Assembly (NCBI GenBank): GCA_965215265.1
Contig: OZ244048.1
Location: forward strand, 32,001 to 96,000
Direction: 5' to 3'
Length of the DNA: 64,000 bases
Origin: Candidatus Poribacteria bacterium
GTDB taxonomy: Bacteria > Poribacteria > WGA-4E > WGA-3G
The notes beneath the pieces were generated by a model, which saw only the letters and a list, made by a program, of their open reading frames with translations, did no database searches and was not told where the DNA came from. The position numbers were made by a program, and so were the translations under genes. Positions 29,704 through 40,199 of this stretch are shown here, piece after piece (position 1 is the first letter of the stretch; each line of letters starts with the position of its first letter).

Positions 29704-31137
29704 TTAGAAGTTGCTGGCTACGTCCGGTTGCAAACCGAGTTTCTCATAAGATTCTGCTGTCGGAAAAATCTTGCCCGGGTTGCATAGCCCTGTGGGATTA
29801 AAAATGTCCTTCACTGCTGCCATTATCTGCAAATCAGCGGGGCTAAAAATCAAGGGCATATAGTCCATCTTCTCGATGCCGATGCCGTGTTCACCGGTAA
29901 TTGTCCCGCCGACTTCAGCACAGACAGTGAGAATCTCCCTATTGACATGCTCTACGCGCTCACACTGTTCTGCTTCGCGTTCGTTAAAGAGGACGATAGG
30001 GTGGATATTGCCGTCGCCGGCGTGGAAAACGTTTGCAATAGGTATCTGATATTTTTCAGAAATTTCAGCGATCCGTCGAAGGACTTTGGGTAGGCGCGTG
30101 CGTGGTACAACGCCATCTTGGGTTATATAATTGGGTGCGAGCCGTCCGAAGGACCCGAACGCGCTTTTACGTGCCTTCCAGAGTTGTTGTCGTTCGGCTT
30201 CATCTTTGGCATAACTCACATCCCGTGCGTTATGTTGGGTGAAGATCTCAAGGATGCAGTCGGTCTGTTTCTGCATACCTGCTTTTATGCCGTCAAGTTC
30301 AACGATTAGGATAGCTTGTGCATCAAGCGGGAAGCCGAAATGGAATGCTTCCTCTAAGGCACGAATGACGAGGCTATCCATCATTTCTAGTGCTGCGGGT
30401 ATGATACCTGCGCCAATAATAGTTGAAACGGCGTTGGAGGCATCATCCATTGTTTCAAAAACCGCCAAGGCGGTTTGGTAGGCTTGTGGGTTGCGCGTCA
30501 GACGGACGACAGCCTTTGTCACTATCCCGAAGGTGCCTTCTGAACCTATCATTACGCCGCGCAAATCGTAACCGGGTGTCTCCTCAACGACACTGCCAAA
30601 TTCGATAATCTCCGCATCCGGCAGTACAACTTCTAATCCGAGTACATGGTCAGAAGTAACCCCATATTTAAGCGTGTGCGGTCCGCCAGAGTTTTCTGCG
30701 ATATTGCCGCCTATGGTACACGCTTTCTGACTTGACGGGTCCGGAGCATAGTGGTAACCTTGATGTTGGACTGCTTGGCTAAGCAATAGGTTGACGACAC
30801 CTGGTTCAACGACGGCATATTCGTTTTCATAATCAATTTCAAGGATGCGATCCATTCGATTAAGTGCAATGATGATACCGCCTTGAACTGAGAGCATACC
30901 GCCACTCAAGCCGGTCCCGCCGCCACGTGCAATAAATGGGACCTCATATTTATTCGCCAATTTCACAATGTCCGATACCTGCTGCGTGGTATCGGCAAAC
31001 ACAACAACATCGGGCAATGCTTTAAACGTCGGTGCTGCATCGCATTCGTAGACGGACAGAGCAGTTGCATCGGTTAAAACGTTTCTGGTACCGAGGAGCT
31101 CGGAGAGTTCTGCAGTGAGTGCTTTTTTTGAATGCAT
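29704..31137 (-). CDS. glcD: Glycolate oxidase subunit GlcD-like FAD-linked oxidase
   Basis: 'ARGGGTGLSGG', 'APDPSSQKACTIGGN', 'HAGDGNIHP', 'GEHGIG', 'NPGK'. Confidence 0.88.
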   Translation of the reverse strand: MHSKKALTAELSELLGTRNVLTDATALSVYECDAAPTFKALPDVVVFADTTQQVSDIVKLANKYEVPFIARGGGTGLSGGMLSVQGGIIIALNRMDRILEIDYENEYAVVEPGVVNLLLSQAVQHQGYHYAPDPSSQKACTIGGNIAENSGGPHTLKYGVTSDHVLGLEVVLPDAEIIEFGSVVEETPGYDLRGVMIGSEGTFGIVTKAVVRLTRNPQAYQTALAVFETMDDASNAVSTIIGAGIIPAALEMMDSLVIRALEEAFHFGFPLDAQAILIVELDGIKAGMQKQTDCILEIFTQHNARDVSYAKDEAERQQLWKARKSAFGSFGRLAPNYITQDGVVPRTRLPKVLRRIAEISEKYQIPIANVFHAGDGNIHPIVLFNEREAEQCERVEHVNREILTVCAEVGGTITGEHGIGIEKMDYMPLIFSPADLQIMAAVKDIFNPTGLCNPGKIFPTAESYEKLGLQPDVASNF

Positions 31138-31356
31138 AATCTATTTTCCTTCACACAGCGTAATACGATATCTGTTAGCTGCTTTTCGCTATCCGGATTT
31201 CATCATAGGTTACCACATTTTCAATTTAATGTCTACTTAAGAAATAGGGAGTGCAGCTGGTACATTTCTCACTTACACGCCGTTTTTTGTAGCAGGTTTG
31301 TGAGAAAGTGTTTGAGTCGGTGTCTGAATCAGGATTTATAGGAGTAGCGGCCACCA

Positions 31357-31371
31357 AAAAAATGGGGGTAA
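31357..31371 (+). repeat. Left 15-bp direct repeat AAAAAATGGGGGTAA
   Basis: Identical copy at 40200-40214; the pair brackets res-mod-rpn. Confidence 0.6.
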
Positions 31372-31381
31372 ATGATTTTTT

Positions 31382-34300
31382 TTACGTCTGTTTGAAAATT
31401 GGTGCGAGGTATGTGGTATCGGTAGGGTTTGGGAAAAGGATATGCCACTGCTCGAAAGTCAGTTTGTCGAGTCCGCATTTTTTCTGCATCTGTGTGAAAT
31501 CGGTGTGGGAGATGATATAGGCATCCATTTCGACGGGCTGCCTGCGGAACCGTGTATCGCTGATGTGGCGGAGTGTTTTGAATAGCGTGATTTTGTGGTT
31601 GTGTGGGTTGATGGCTTCATGCATCAGGCCGTGCGGTTCAATGAAGACGATGCGTTGTTTGCCGTCGTGAAGCATCCAGAGGATGAAGTCGGGGTAGAAT
31701 CCGTGGTTTTGATAGAATCCGATGCCTTTGCCTCGGCTGTGGTTGCGTAAGAGGACAATCTGTTTTCTGTTGTGATGTTTTCGGATGTAGCGGTGCATAT
31801 CTTCGACAAACGCTTTTTCGCTTGCGTTCAAAGGGGGTGGGGTGGTGCGTTCTATGGTGCGGTTGTCCTCGGCGAGGAGGGGTTGGTAGAGGTGGCATTC
31901 GTTATAGGCGGTGGGTAGCGCGGTGAAGTCGGGGCCGTAGATGGTGCCAGCCTCTATGAGGGCTGTGAGGTGCGGCACCAGTTCCTGTGCGTTGTTTTGG
32001 GAGATGGCGACGCGCCAGTTGGTGAAGTTCGTGTCTTTTTCGTCTAAGATGCGGAGGCGGATGCGATGCTCACTCCACCGTTTCTGGATGGTGCCGTAGA
32101 ATTTGGTGAGATACTTGCGGAGCAGTGTGAGGACGAGTTGCTCTACCCGGGCGAGTTCTGTGAGAGACGTGGGTATGATGTCAGTTTCGTCTCTGATGGC
32201 GAGTTGATAGGTGCCAGCGTCTGGGGCGATGATGCGTTTGAGGGTGGGGGTATCGAAGATGAGATTGTGATACTGCTTTTGCTGTTTGTATTCGATGAGT
32301 TGGAGGTAGATTGCTTCCCAGTTGAGGAGGTTGAGGCTGTCGTGTGGGATGTGTGCGTGGGTTATGGCGGGTTGTGCGGTGCTGTCTTGTATGCTTTCGG
32401 TGTTGCGACTTTGTAGGATTTCAACGGTTTGGGTGCGATGGGTGATATAGATGCCTGGGTTGACGGCTAAGGGCACGCAGGTGTCTTTCGCGTCGTCGCG
32501 GTAGGCTGGGACTTCTGGGACAAACAGCGGTGCCTGTAGCCAATCTTTGTTGGGTTTGATGGGGATTTCTATGTGGACAGGTTCTTCTGCAGGGATACCT
32601 TCACGGGTGAGGTATTCTCGGAATTGTGCCATGAAGTTTGCCCGGACGGCGAAGATGTTGAGGGTTTCCAATAGCCGGAGATGGGGTGGATGTTCGCCGT
32701 CGAGGGCGCTGCTGCGTTTTAGGCTCATCTGTTTGCCGCGCAGGCGCACTCCGCGCCCGAAGAGTTGTATGATTTGTGCGCCTTCTTGCCTGCCGATGTT
32801 GAGCAGTCCCATGGCGGTGACACGCCAGCTGTCCCAGCCCTCTATGAACTTTTTGGCGCCGATGAGGAGATTGATGGGGCTCGTGGGCGTGTTGATGTGG
32901 GTGAAAAGGCTCTCCGTGATGAGATTATCGGTGTCGAAGACGATGGCGGCATCATCGGTTTCAACGAGTTTTTTGAAGGAAGCGGTATCGCCGATGTAGA
33001 GCAGTCCGAAGTTCTGGCGGCCGTGTGTGGCTTTGAGTGCGATTTCGCCGGGTGCGTTTCGGATGTGAGAGAGATGCAGTGCGCCATGGGTATCGGTATG
33101 GAAGACTTCTGTGAGGATGGCGGTGTATATGTCGGCTGGGGTTTTGTGAAGTTGAGAGAGCAGAGGGAATTGGTTGGCGAAGACATCGGTGCCGTTTTCA
33201 TCGGTGAGCCCGCTCTCTCCATTCAGGATTTTGGCGAGGGTGCGGATGGCCCAGTTGTGCGGGTTTTTTAGGAATCGGTGGAGGAATCGGAGGACGGTGA
33301 GGACATCGGAGCGTTTTGTGTGCTTTTCGGTATAGACGGCGTTGACTTTGCTGCCGACGAACGCCCAGAGGGGTGCGTCTAATCCATAGGTGTGTGCGAT
33401 GTCTCGGTTGTGTGTGAAGTAGTGGTGCTGTTGGTAGAAAGCGAGGAGATTGGCGAGGAGGAGCGTCTCGGTTTGGGTGTGTTCGTCGTGTTTGAGGTTG
33501 AGGATGCGGAAGTCTTTTCCGTAGCCGTCTGCGTAAAAGTGGCGGTATGAATAGTCGAAGACGATGGCTTTGCCGTATTCCTCAACGCGTTCTCGGTTTT
33601 TTGCGGCGGCGAGCGCTTGTCCGAAGGTGGCGCTGTATTCAAAGGTGAAGCCTGTCTGGGCGAGTTGTTGGCGAAGGTGGCGCCAGACATCTCCGCCGGT
33701 GCCTTTGTGTCCCTCATCAACGAAAATAAGGTTGTTGCCCTCAAACGCCTCAACGGGTATGGTGTCGCCTTCTCCTGTTTTTTGGATGACGAGTTTTGTG
33801 ATTTCGAGTATCTGTATGGCGTTGTGTGTGTGTGCGATGCGGTTTCGGTGCATTTGGAAGCGTTCTGCGGGGATGTCAGAGTTTGCGAGTTCGCGCCGGT
33901 GTTGTTCGCTCAAAGCCTCGTTGGGCGTGATGAGCAGAATGTCATCCAACGGGGTTTGGCAGTAGTGTCGGAACTGGTGGTAGTTGATGTGGAGAATGAG
34001 GGTTTTGCCTGCCCCTGTCGCCATCCAGAAGGCGAGTTTATCGAGTTCTGCGTCGGTGAAGCGGGCGTGTTGGGGTTCGCCGGGGGCTTTGTCGGCGTTG
34101 CGTTGTTGGACGAAGGCGTTGAGGTGGTGCAAGAAGGCGGTGCGTTTATTCAATGTCCAATCGAGGCAGATTTCGGTGTAGAGGAGTGCGAGGTATTGGA
34201 AATAGCGGAGGCGGATGGGTTGGATTCGGGTGCGGTTGATGGCATTGAGGTGGCGTTGGATGTTGGCATCGTAGGTTGGGAGTGCGTCTGCGATTGGCGG

Positions 34301-34471
34301 TGTGGCGCGTGCGCGGAGCGCTTCAGTGAGGGCGGCGTGTCCGTCTTGGCTGAGGCGTTCCGCTTCGTTTTTCATGGCGTGGAGCAGCTCGCCGGTGGTG
34401 TTGTAGCCGAAGTTGTGATTGAGCCAGGCGTGGCGGAGGAGCTCGGTTTCTAGGCTGCGAGGTTTGGACAT
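31382..34471 (-). CDS. res: Type III restriction enzyme Res subunit
   Basis: 'MATGAGKT', 'VDEGH', 'EYSATF', 'QLFGRGVR', C-terminal 'FYPDFILW..IEPHG' nuclease. Confidence 0.92.
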   Translation of the reverse strand: MSKPRSLETELLRHAWLNHNFGYNTTGELLHAMKNEAERLSQDGHAALTEALRARATPPIADALPTYDANIQRHLNAINRTRIQPIRLRYFQYLALLYTEICLDWTLNKRTAFLHHLNAFVQQRNADKAPGEPQHARFTDAELDKLAFWMATGAGKTLILHINYHQFRHYCQTPLDDILLITPNEALSEQHRRELANSDIPAERFQMHRNRIAHTHNAIQILEITKLVIQKTGEGDTIPVEAFEGNNLIFVDEGHKGTGGDVWRHLRQQLAQTGFTFEYSATFGQALAAAKNRERVEEYGKAIVFDYSYRHFYADGYGKDFRILNLKHDEHTQTETLLLANLLAFYQQHHYFTHNRDIAHTYGLDAPLWAFVGSKVNAVYTEKHTKRSDVLTVLRFLHRFLKNPHNWAIRTLAKILNGESGLTDENGTDVFANQFPLLSQLHKTPADIYTAILTEVFHTDTHGALHLSHIRNAPGEIALKATHGRQNFGLLYIGDTASFKKLVETDDAAIVFDTDNLITESLFTHINTPTSPINLLIGAKKFIEGWDSWRVTAMGLLNIGRQEGAQIIQLFGRGVRLRGKQMSLKRSSALDGEHPPHLRLLETLNIFAVRANFMAQFREYLTREGIPAEEPVHIEIPIKPNKDWLQAPLFVPEVPAYRDDAKDTCVPLAVNPGIYITHRTQTVEILQSRNTESIQDSTAQPAITHAHIPHDSLNLLNWEAIYLQLIEYKQQKQYHNLIFDTPTLKRIIAPDAGTYQLAIRDETDIIPTSLTELARVEQLVLTLLRKYLTKFYGTIQKRWSEHRIRLRILDEKDTNFTNWRVAISQNNAQELVPHLTALIEAGTIYGPDFTALPTAYNECHLYQPLLAEDNRTIERTTPPPLNASEKAFVEDMHRYIRKHHNRKQIVLLRNHSRGKGIGFYQNHGFYPDFILWMLHDGKQRIVFIEPHGLMHEAINPHNHKITLFKTLRHISDTRFRRQPVEMDAYIISHTDFTQMQKKCGLDKLTFEQWHILFPNPTDTTYLAPIFKQT

Positions 34472-34535
34472 AGTGCGAATTCCTTGAAAAGTAGACATTT
34501 GCTTTAGCGAAAGACAATAGGGGCTGTTCGGACAC

Positions 34536-35273
34536 TCATGACGGTTGTTTCCCGTTTGTTGTTTCTGCGTTCTTCTCTAATTGTTGCGTTAAATGTTTCG
34601 GAGCTCCTATCATGTCTTTTGCGGTTCCGGGGGTGACATCTACGAGGTTTTGCTCTGCGTTGAGTGCTTTGTAGGTAATCAGGGTTTTGAGGAGTTGGTG
34701 TGCGAGGTTCACGTGTTTTATGGCCTTTTCCGGTTCTTCTTCTTGAAAGGCGAGTTGTTTGGTGTAGCCGTAGAGGTTGTTCAATTCCGTAGCGATGTTA
34801 TCTGCGTTTTGCAGGTTGGCATCGTTGTAGCTGGCACAAAAGTCTCTGCGGGTTTCGTAAAACAGTGTCTCGTATTTTTTAGGAAATTGGCGATGGGTAA
34901 TGTCGAACCTGCGAAGTTGCTCTGAGAGTTTTTTGGTGACTGTGATCATAAATTCCTTAGGCAGTCCTGGGTTTCCAAAATAGGATGCCAAGCTGGTGAT
35001 TACGTCGGCGCTGGTGATATCCGACTCTGGGGGGAGATTCCACGACTCCATTCTTTTCTCCGTGGCTTCTATTCGCATGTTTAATGCCTTGAATAAATCG
35101 GCCGCTTTTTCTATAAGCTCCACCGAGGCGTTCTCTTCAAGGCTTTCTTCGAGGTGTGGCTGCAATACATCGTGAAAAAATTCTGACATGAATGCCGCAA
35201 GGACATCAGAGCGTTTCATAAATCGCGCGTAGCATTTGACGGCGAATTGCTTGTGTTTTTCTTTGAATTTCAT
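34536..35273 (-). CDS. Hypothetical protein, DUF2280-like (tentative)
   Basis: SD AGGAG; 'KQFAVKCYARF', 'KKYETLFYETRRDF', 'VNLAHQLLKT' resemble DUF2280 as recalled. Confidence 0.5.
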   Translation of the reverse strand: MKFKEKHKQFAVKCYARFMKRSDVLAAFMSEFFHDVLQPHLEESLEENASVELIEKAADLFKALNMRIEATEKRMESWNLPPESDITSADVITSLASYFGNPGLPKEFMITVTKKLSEQLRRFDITHRQFPKKYETLFYETRRDFCASYNDANLQNADNIATELNNLYGYTKQLAFQEEEPEKAIKHVNLAHQLLKTLITYKALNAEQNLVDVTPGTAKDMIGAPKHLTQQLEKNAETTNGKQPS

Positions 35274-35289
35274 CTTTTTATTTCTCCTT

Positions 35290-35315
35290 AAAACGTTACC
35301 GTTTGGTAACGTTTT
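35290..35315. promoter_or_regulatory. 11-bp perfect inverted repeat (operator or hairpin) abutting an RBS
   Basis: AAAACGTTACC-gttt-GGTAACGTTTT; extra GGTAAC copies at 35325 and 35418. Confidence 0.55.
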
Positions 35316-35441
35316 TCTGTTTTTGGTAACATGTTGCATCTAGTTGATAACGCACGCCCTGTATAGGTGCAGAGGCGTTTTCTCTCATATTTCCCCCCCC
35401 CAAAAAAAGGCGGAACCGGTAACATTTTCGCGCCCGCCGGT

Positions 35442-38400
35442 TCACGGTTCGGTGAACATTAACTGTTTGAAGAGCACGTCCAACGCTTTTGCCTCGGGGA
35501 CGATGCTGTCGGTGTTCACATAGAGCGTGTCTGCGTGTTCCGTGAGTTTATGGTGTTGAATAAAACGAGAGTCTCTTTCCCAATCTTCCGGTTGCCAGCC
35601 GTGCGTCTCTCGCCAGATAATCGTGACGCTCTTCGCCTGGAGAGTGCCACGGTAGACGAGGTAGCGTCTGGCTTTATCGTAGAAGACGCGCCGGGTTTTG
35701 ACGGTGAGCCCAAGCAGGTAGTTGAAGGTTTCCGGAATGTCTATGGTTTGTGTTTGTGTGTTTAGCCCGGTGACGATGTTGAGTTGATAGTGAAATGGGG
35801 TTTGGAGCTTCTCAATGTTGAGCAGCGTTGGGCTCTCATGGGTTTCGTTTCCTAACAGATAGCGTAGCATCGGTTCTTGAAAGAGCGGATTTTGGTGTGT
35901 TTTGAACTGGATGTTGTTGAGTGTATCTTCGTAGGATTCTATGCGTTGGTATTTGAAGAGGTGTGAGAGTTTGCTTTGGCGTGATGTGGGTTTTGCGTGT
36001 TTCCAGTTTTGTGCGTATATGGCTTTGAGGAGCCGGGGTTTGAGAGCGGTGTTGAAGTGGTGTCCCATTTCTACGAGAATATATTTTCGGTTGCCGTTGT
36101 CTTGGCGGTTCAGGTTGATGGTGGCGTGGGCGGTGGTGCCAGAACCTGCGAAGTAGTCTAAGACAGTATCGTTTTTACCCAGCGAAGAGACGCGGAGGCA
36201 ATCCTCTACGAGATAGATGGACTTCGGATATGGAAATGCAAAATTGTCGCTGAACATATCTGTGAGAAAAGTCGTTCCATATCTACCAGCAGCGTATACA
36301 TTTTTATCCCACCATGTTTTTGGCAATATACCCTCCTCTTTTAGGAACCACTTTAAGCGGATTCGGATATTCCCATTTTTATCTTTTCTCGCATACAGTT
36401 CGGATGATGATAACATCGCCTCCACCCGTTCTATCGAGTATTGCCATGTCACTTCATTTCCATTTGGCTGAATCGGTAATACTTCTGTTTCATTCGGGGT
36501 AGGGGATTCTAATAGTTGCCACTGCCTAGCTTCTTCATCCCACTCAATTTTCGGAATGCGTATGTTCTGATCGCTCACGAAAAGCGGGTAGAACATACGC
36601 GGGCTGTTTTCCCGCAGTTTATTAGGGCCTCCGGCATCATTCCTGAGATTTACCCATCTGAAACGGCGGCCTTGATTGTCAATATCTTTATAGTTTTTGA
36701 GTTGTTTTTCCGTCCATTTAACATGTCCGACCTTTACGTCAGGTTTCTTGCCGAAGAACATGGCATATTCGTGACATGCAGCGAGTCTCTTAGGTGTTGT
36801 GACCCCGGATATGTTTGTACAGACCACTGCAACCCCAAGTTCATTTTCTTTGCCAAATAGCTGTTGGAGAAGCTGCCAAAGGTTAGGAGCTTCCACTTCA
36901 TCAATGGCGGCACAGAAGGTACCGTTGTTTGTTAATAACTCCCGGGAAATAGCAATTCGGTCAGCCATGAGAGACATCCATGATGAATCTTTATAGTCAT
37001 TCTTATACAAAATTGGGGAGCCTTTGGTGTTATAGGGCGGATCTATGTAGATGGCTTTCACGGTGTCTCGGTATTTCGCGGTGAGGAGGTTTAACGCTTG
37101 GAAATTCTCTCCATGAATGAGCAGTCCATCGGTTTGGGCATCCAGTTCGTCGAAGTGTGCCAGCAGCCGGTCTTTGAAGTCTGCGTCGAAGTGACAGGTA
37201 TCCAGAACGAGGTTCGGGTTTTGCTGGAGGAATGCCACCGTGAGCGGCTCAGAATAGTCGGTGTTGATGAGGTGGCCTGCGATATCCTCAATGGCGAAGA
37301 GGTGCTGCCACGCCTCGCGTTGTGCGCGGTTGTGAGCGATTTCGGGGTAGAACGCTTCCGGGACCCGGTCGAGCGTGAGGCAGTAGTCGGTAGAGAGGAC
37401 GAATTTCTTTTTGAGCCAGAGGCGTTTCTGAAAGTCTTCTATGTCAGCGAGGAAGTGGATGAGTTGTGTGGCGATGCGGTGAACGAGTTGTGCGGTTTCA
37501 AGCCAAGGTGGCGGCGTGGGGCCGTTTCCATTTGCCCGTACCGCCCCCCCCCTTGATATGTGTTAAGTATAAAGCCAGACAGAGGGATAACCTCGTTTTT
37601 TAGATATACATCTAACTCACGCGTCAGGAATCGCTTCAGCGCCTTGTGGATGAAGAAGTCCGACGTGTTGCGGCGCGTGTAGGTGCGCAGGTGTTTCTTC
37701 AGCGTGCTTAGTTCATCCGTGCGGCGCTCTAGGGCAGACAGCACTTCATAGTGAGCGCTCAGGTTTGCTAGGATTTCAGGTTCAGCGGCATCCAGGATTT
37801 TCTCTTGTTGTTTCTGCTTGCCGTAGCGCTTCTTTTCCGCATCAGTGAGCGGACGATGTTCAAACGGGAGCTCCAGCTGCTTGGTTTCCGGGCGATACTG
37901 CGTTTCGGCAGAGAGCGGAATGAAGAAGCGTTTCGCGCCTTTGACGTTGTCCTTTTCTATGTCTATGGTGCGGAGCGAGAAGGTGACAGTAATCGCTTCG
38001 GCTTTGAACGTGTAACCGGTGAAATGCTCTCCGCTTTTGACGTAGTATTGTTCTCGGTTTGCCCAGTGGAGGTAGACTTCTTCGCCGTTATACGGGATGG
38101 CGTATCGTTGGGTTTGCGTGTAGCGTCTGCGTGGGAGGAAGTCGCCATTTTCGTAGTAGCGTGAGAAAAAGGTGTAGAGGTGATTGAAAACGGCATCGGC
38201 GCGCTCGGTTTGGGTTCTGGGGGTGCCGAGTTGTTGTTTTGCGGTGAGGTATTGCTGGACAAGTGGGGCTTGTCTGAAGTTCTCGTTGAGCAGGTTTCCG
38301 TCTGCGTCTAAGACGGTGTCGCCGAGGGTTTGTTGTATCTGTTTTGCGAGGGTTTCTATCTGTTGGTGTGCATTTTCTGCGTGTGTGTCTGCGTGGAGCG

Positions 38401-38557
38401 CGTCGTTGATGAGGGTGGGGAGCTCGGTATCTATAAAGTTTTGGATTTGGTTGCGGCGGTAGTTAATGATGCGGTAGATGCCGAAGTCGAGTTCGGCGGC
38501 ATCGGTACGGAAGAGTTGTTGGAGAAGCGTTTGGAGTTTCTGTTTTGGTGTTCGCAT
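35442..38557 (-). CDS. mod: Type III R-M methyltransferase Mod, frameshifted at a G9 tract (37544-37552)
   Basis: N-part 'LDFGIYRI', 'LHWANREQYYVK', 'DFFIHK'; the other frame reads 'FLADIEDFQKRLWLKKKFV' into 'IYIDPPYN' and 'LDYFAGSGTT'; G10 would give 1038 aa. Confidence 0.92.
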
Positions 38558-38594
38558 GAGTGTTGTTTTCAGGTTATTGGTTTGTTTTGTTTTA

Positions 38595-38623
38595 ATTATA
38601 CATTATTTTTGAGGTATTGTCAA
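38595..38623 (-). promoter_or_regulatory. Consensus sigma70 promoter of mod
   Basis: Minus strand TTGACA-17 nt-TATAAT. Confidence 0.8.
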
Positions 38624-38806
38624 GGAAAAGTGAGCGGTTTTTGCTTTTTTTAGTCCACAACCTCCGCTGTCAGAAGCGAAAACGAAATCGCCAGAAAAAA
38701 AAGGGTGGCATCTTTACTGCCAAAAGTAGTATAATTTGAGTTAAGTCTTCACCGCTTTTTACCGGCGGGCTGCCCGAATGGCAGGCCCCCGGCACTGAGG
38801 AGAGAA

Positions 38807-39952
38807 ATGACGCAAGAAACCAAAGCCGTGGATACGCAGATGCAGCATATCCGCGCGCTGCTTGATGGACGCGTTGAACACTTCGCCGACAGAAGTGTGC
38901 GGCGCTTGCTACAAAACGGCGAAAACGTCCGGGGTGTGCTAGAAATCGTCGCCGCTGACATCGCAGAACGCATAGATTTTAGCCAACTCGTTCCACTCCC
39001 GAGAAGCCTGCTGCCGGAAGTGCTGCGGGAGCAGGAAGCGGATAGCGTGTTCCGCGTCCCGTTTAGAACCGAGACAGCCACCGAGGCGCTGCTCATCTAT
39101 CTGCTCGTCGAACATCAATCGACGGTGGATGCGACGATGGGGTTTCGGGTGCTGTTTTATATGATGCTGATTTGGGACGCACATCGCAGGCAATGGGAAC
39201 ACGACAAGGTGCCCAAACCGGCGCGGCGGTTGCCCCCGATACTGCCGATTGTGTTTTATACCGGCGAGCAGCAGTGGAAAACCCCGCTGACACTTGAGGC
39301 ACTGATGGACATCCCTGCTGAACTCGCCCGGTTCGTTCCTGCCTTTGAGACGCTGTTTTTGAGCGTGAAGCAAACCGATGTCGCCACACTGACTCAAACG
39401 CATCATCCGTTCGGGTGGCTTTTGACGGTGCTGCAAAAAGAGAGAGCAGACGAGGCGGAGATACGGGATGCGTTACGCACGGCGATAGCGCACCTTGATG
39501 AGTTTGATACGGTTGGTGCCGAACAGCGGCGTGAGGCGATAGTCTATTTCCTGCTACTCATCTTGCATCGTCGGCCGCTATCAGAACAAAGTGGCTTAGT
39601 AACATTAGTGGAACAACTCGCAGAAGATAAGATGGAGGTAAAACAGATGGCAGAAACCATGGCAGAAGTCCTGGTGCAACAAGGACTCAAACAAGGCATT
39701 GAGCAAGGCATTGAACAAGGCATTGAGCAAGGCATTGAGCAAGGCATTGAACAAGGCATTGAACAAGGTGCACGCCGGACGGCGATAGAAAACGTCATCA
39801 CGGTGCTCACCGCACGGTTCCCGCAGAGCGACGTGCAGACGACTCAACCGCACCTTGAAGCGATACCAGACCTGGCGCGGCTCAAGCAGCTACATCTCAT
39901 CGCCGTTGAGACACCCTGTTTTGAAGCGTTCATACAAGCCTTGCACACTTAG
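38807..39952 (+). CDS. Rpn (YhgA-like/Transposase_31) PD-(D/E)XK nuclease
   Basis: 'EQEADSVFRV', 'IYLLVEHQS', 'MGFRVLFYM', 'LPIVFYTG'; (GIEQ)6 tail. Confidence 0.9.
   Translation: MTQETKAVDTQMQHIRALLDGRVEHFADRSVRRLLQNGENVRGVLEIVAADIAERIDFSQLVPLPRSLLPEVLREQEADSVFRVPFRTETATEALLIYLLVEHQSTVDATMGFRVLFYMMLIWDAHRRQWEHDKVPKPARRLPPILPIVFYTGEQQWKTPLTLEALMDIPAELARFVPAFETLFLSVKQTDVATLTQTHHPFGWLLTVLQKERADEAEIRDALRTAIAHLDEFDTVGAEQRREAIVYFLLLILHRRPLSEQSGLVTLVEQLAEDKMEVKQMAETMAEVLVQQGLKQGIEQGIEQGIEQGIEQGIEQGIEQGARRTAIENVITVLTARFPQSDVQTTQPHLEAIPDLARLKQLHLIAVETPCFEAFIQALHT
39647..39952 (+). CDS. Putative intragenic small protein (RpnS-like antitoxin, 101 aa)
   Basis: SD GGAGGT at 39634-39639, 7 nt before in-frame ATG 39647. 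Confidence 0.65.
   Translation: MAETMAEVLVQQGLKQGIEQGIEQGIEQGIEQGIEQGIEQGARRTAIENVITVLTARFPQSDVQTTQPHLEAIPDLARLKQLHLIAVETPCFEAFIQALHT
39692..39768 (+). repeat. 12-bp tandem repeat CAAGGCATTGAR x6
   Basis: Read directly; encodes GIEQ repeats. Confidence 0.95.
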
Positions 39953-40199
39953 AGAGACATGAGAGTTTTGAGGGGTTCGCCTGTGTTGACATCCCAGAGC
40001 CGAATGGTAGTGAAATTCTTTTTCATCGTTTTTTACCTGCCTGCCGCAAGCTGCATTTTTCGGGTTTGCCACTTGGCTCGCTAAGAAGTATAACACAGCG
40101 TCATAAAAAAGTCACTCTTTTTTTAGATTAGAGTTTTTTGAAATGTGTTATCATCTGCTTCGGAGTTCTCTGTTTTGCATAAAATACCTGCTTATTCGT

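Noticed and set aside
31600-38650. Numerous long + strand ORFs antisense to res and mod (e.g. 33617..34453)
   Set aside because: Shadow ORFs caused by the skewed codon usage of the real minus-strand genes.
38807-39952. Rpn gene as an IS transposase
   Set aside because: No terminal inverted repeats or target duplication seen; the family is better supported as a nuclease/defence protein.
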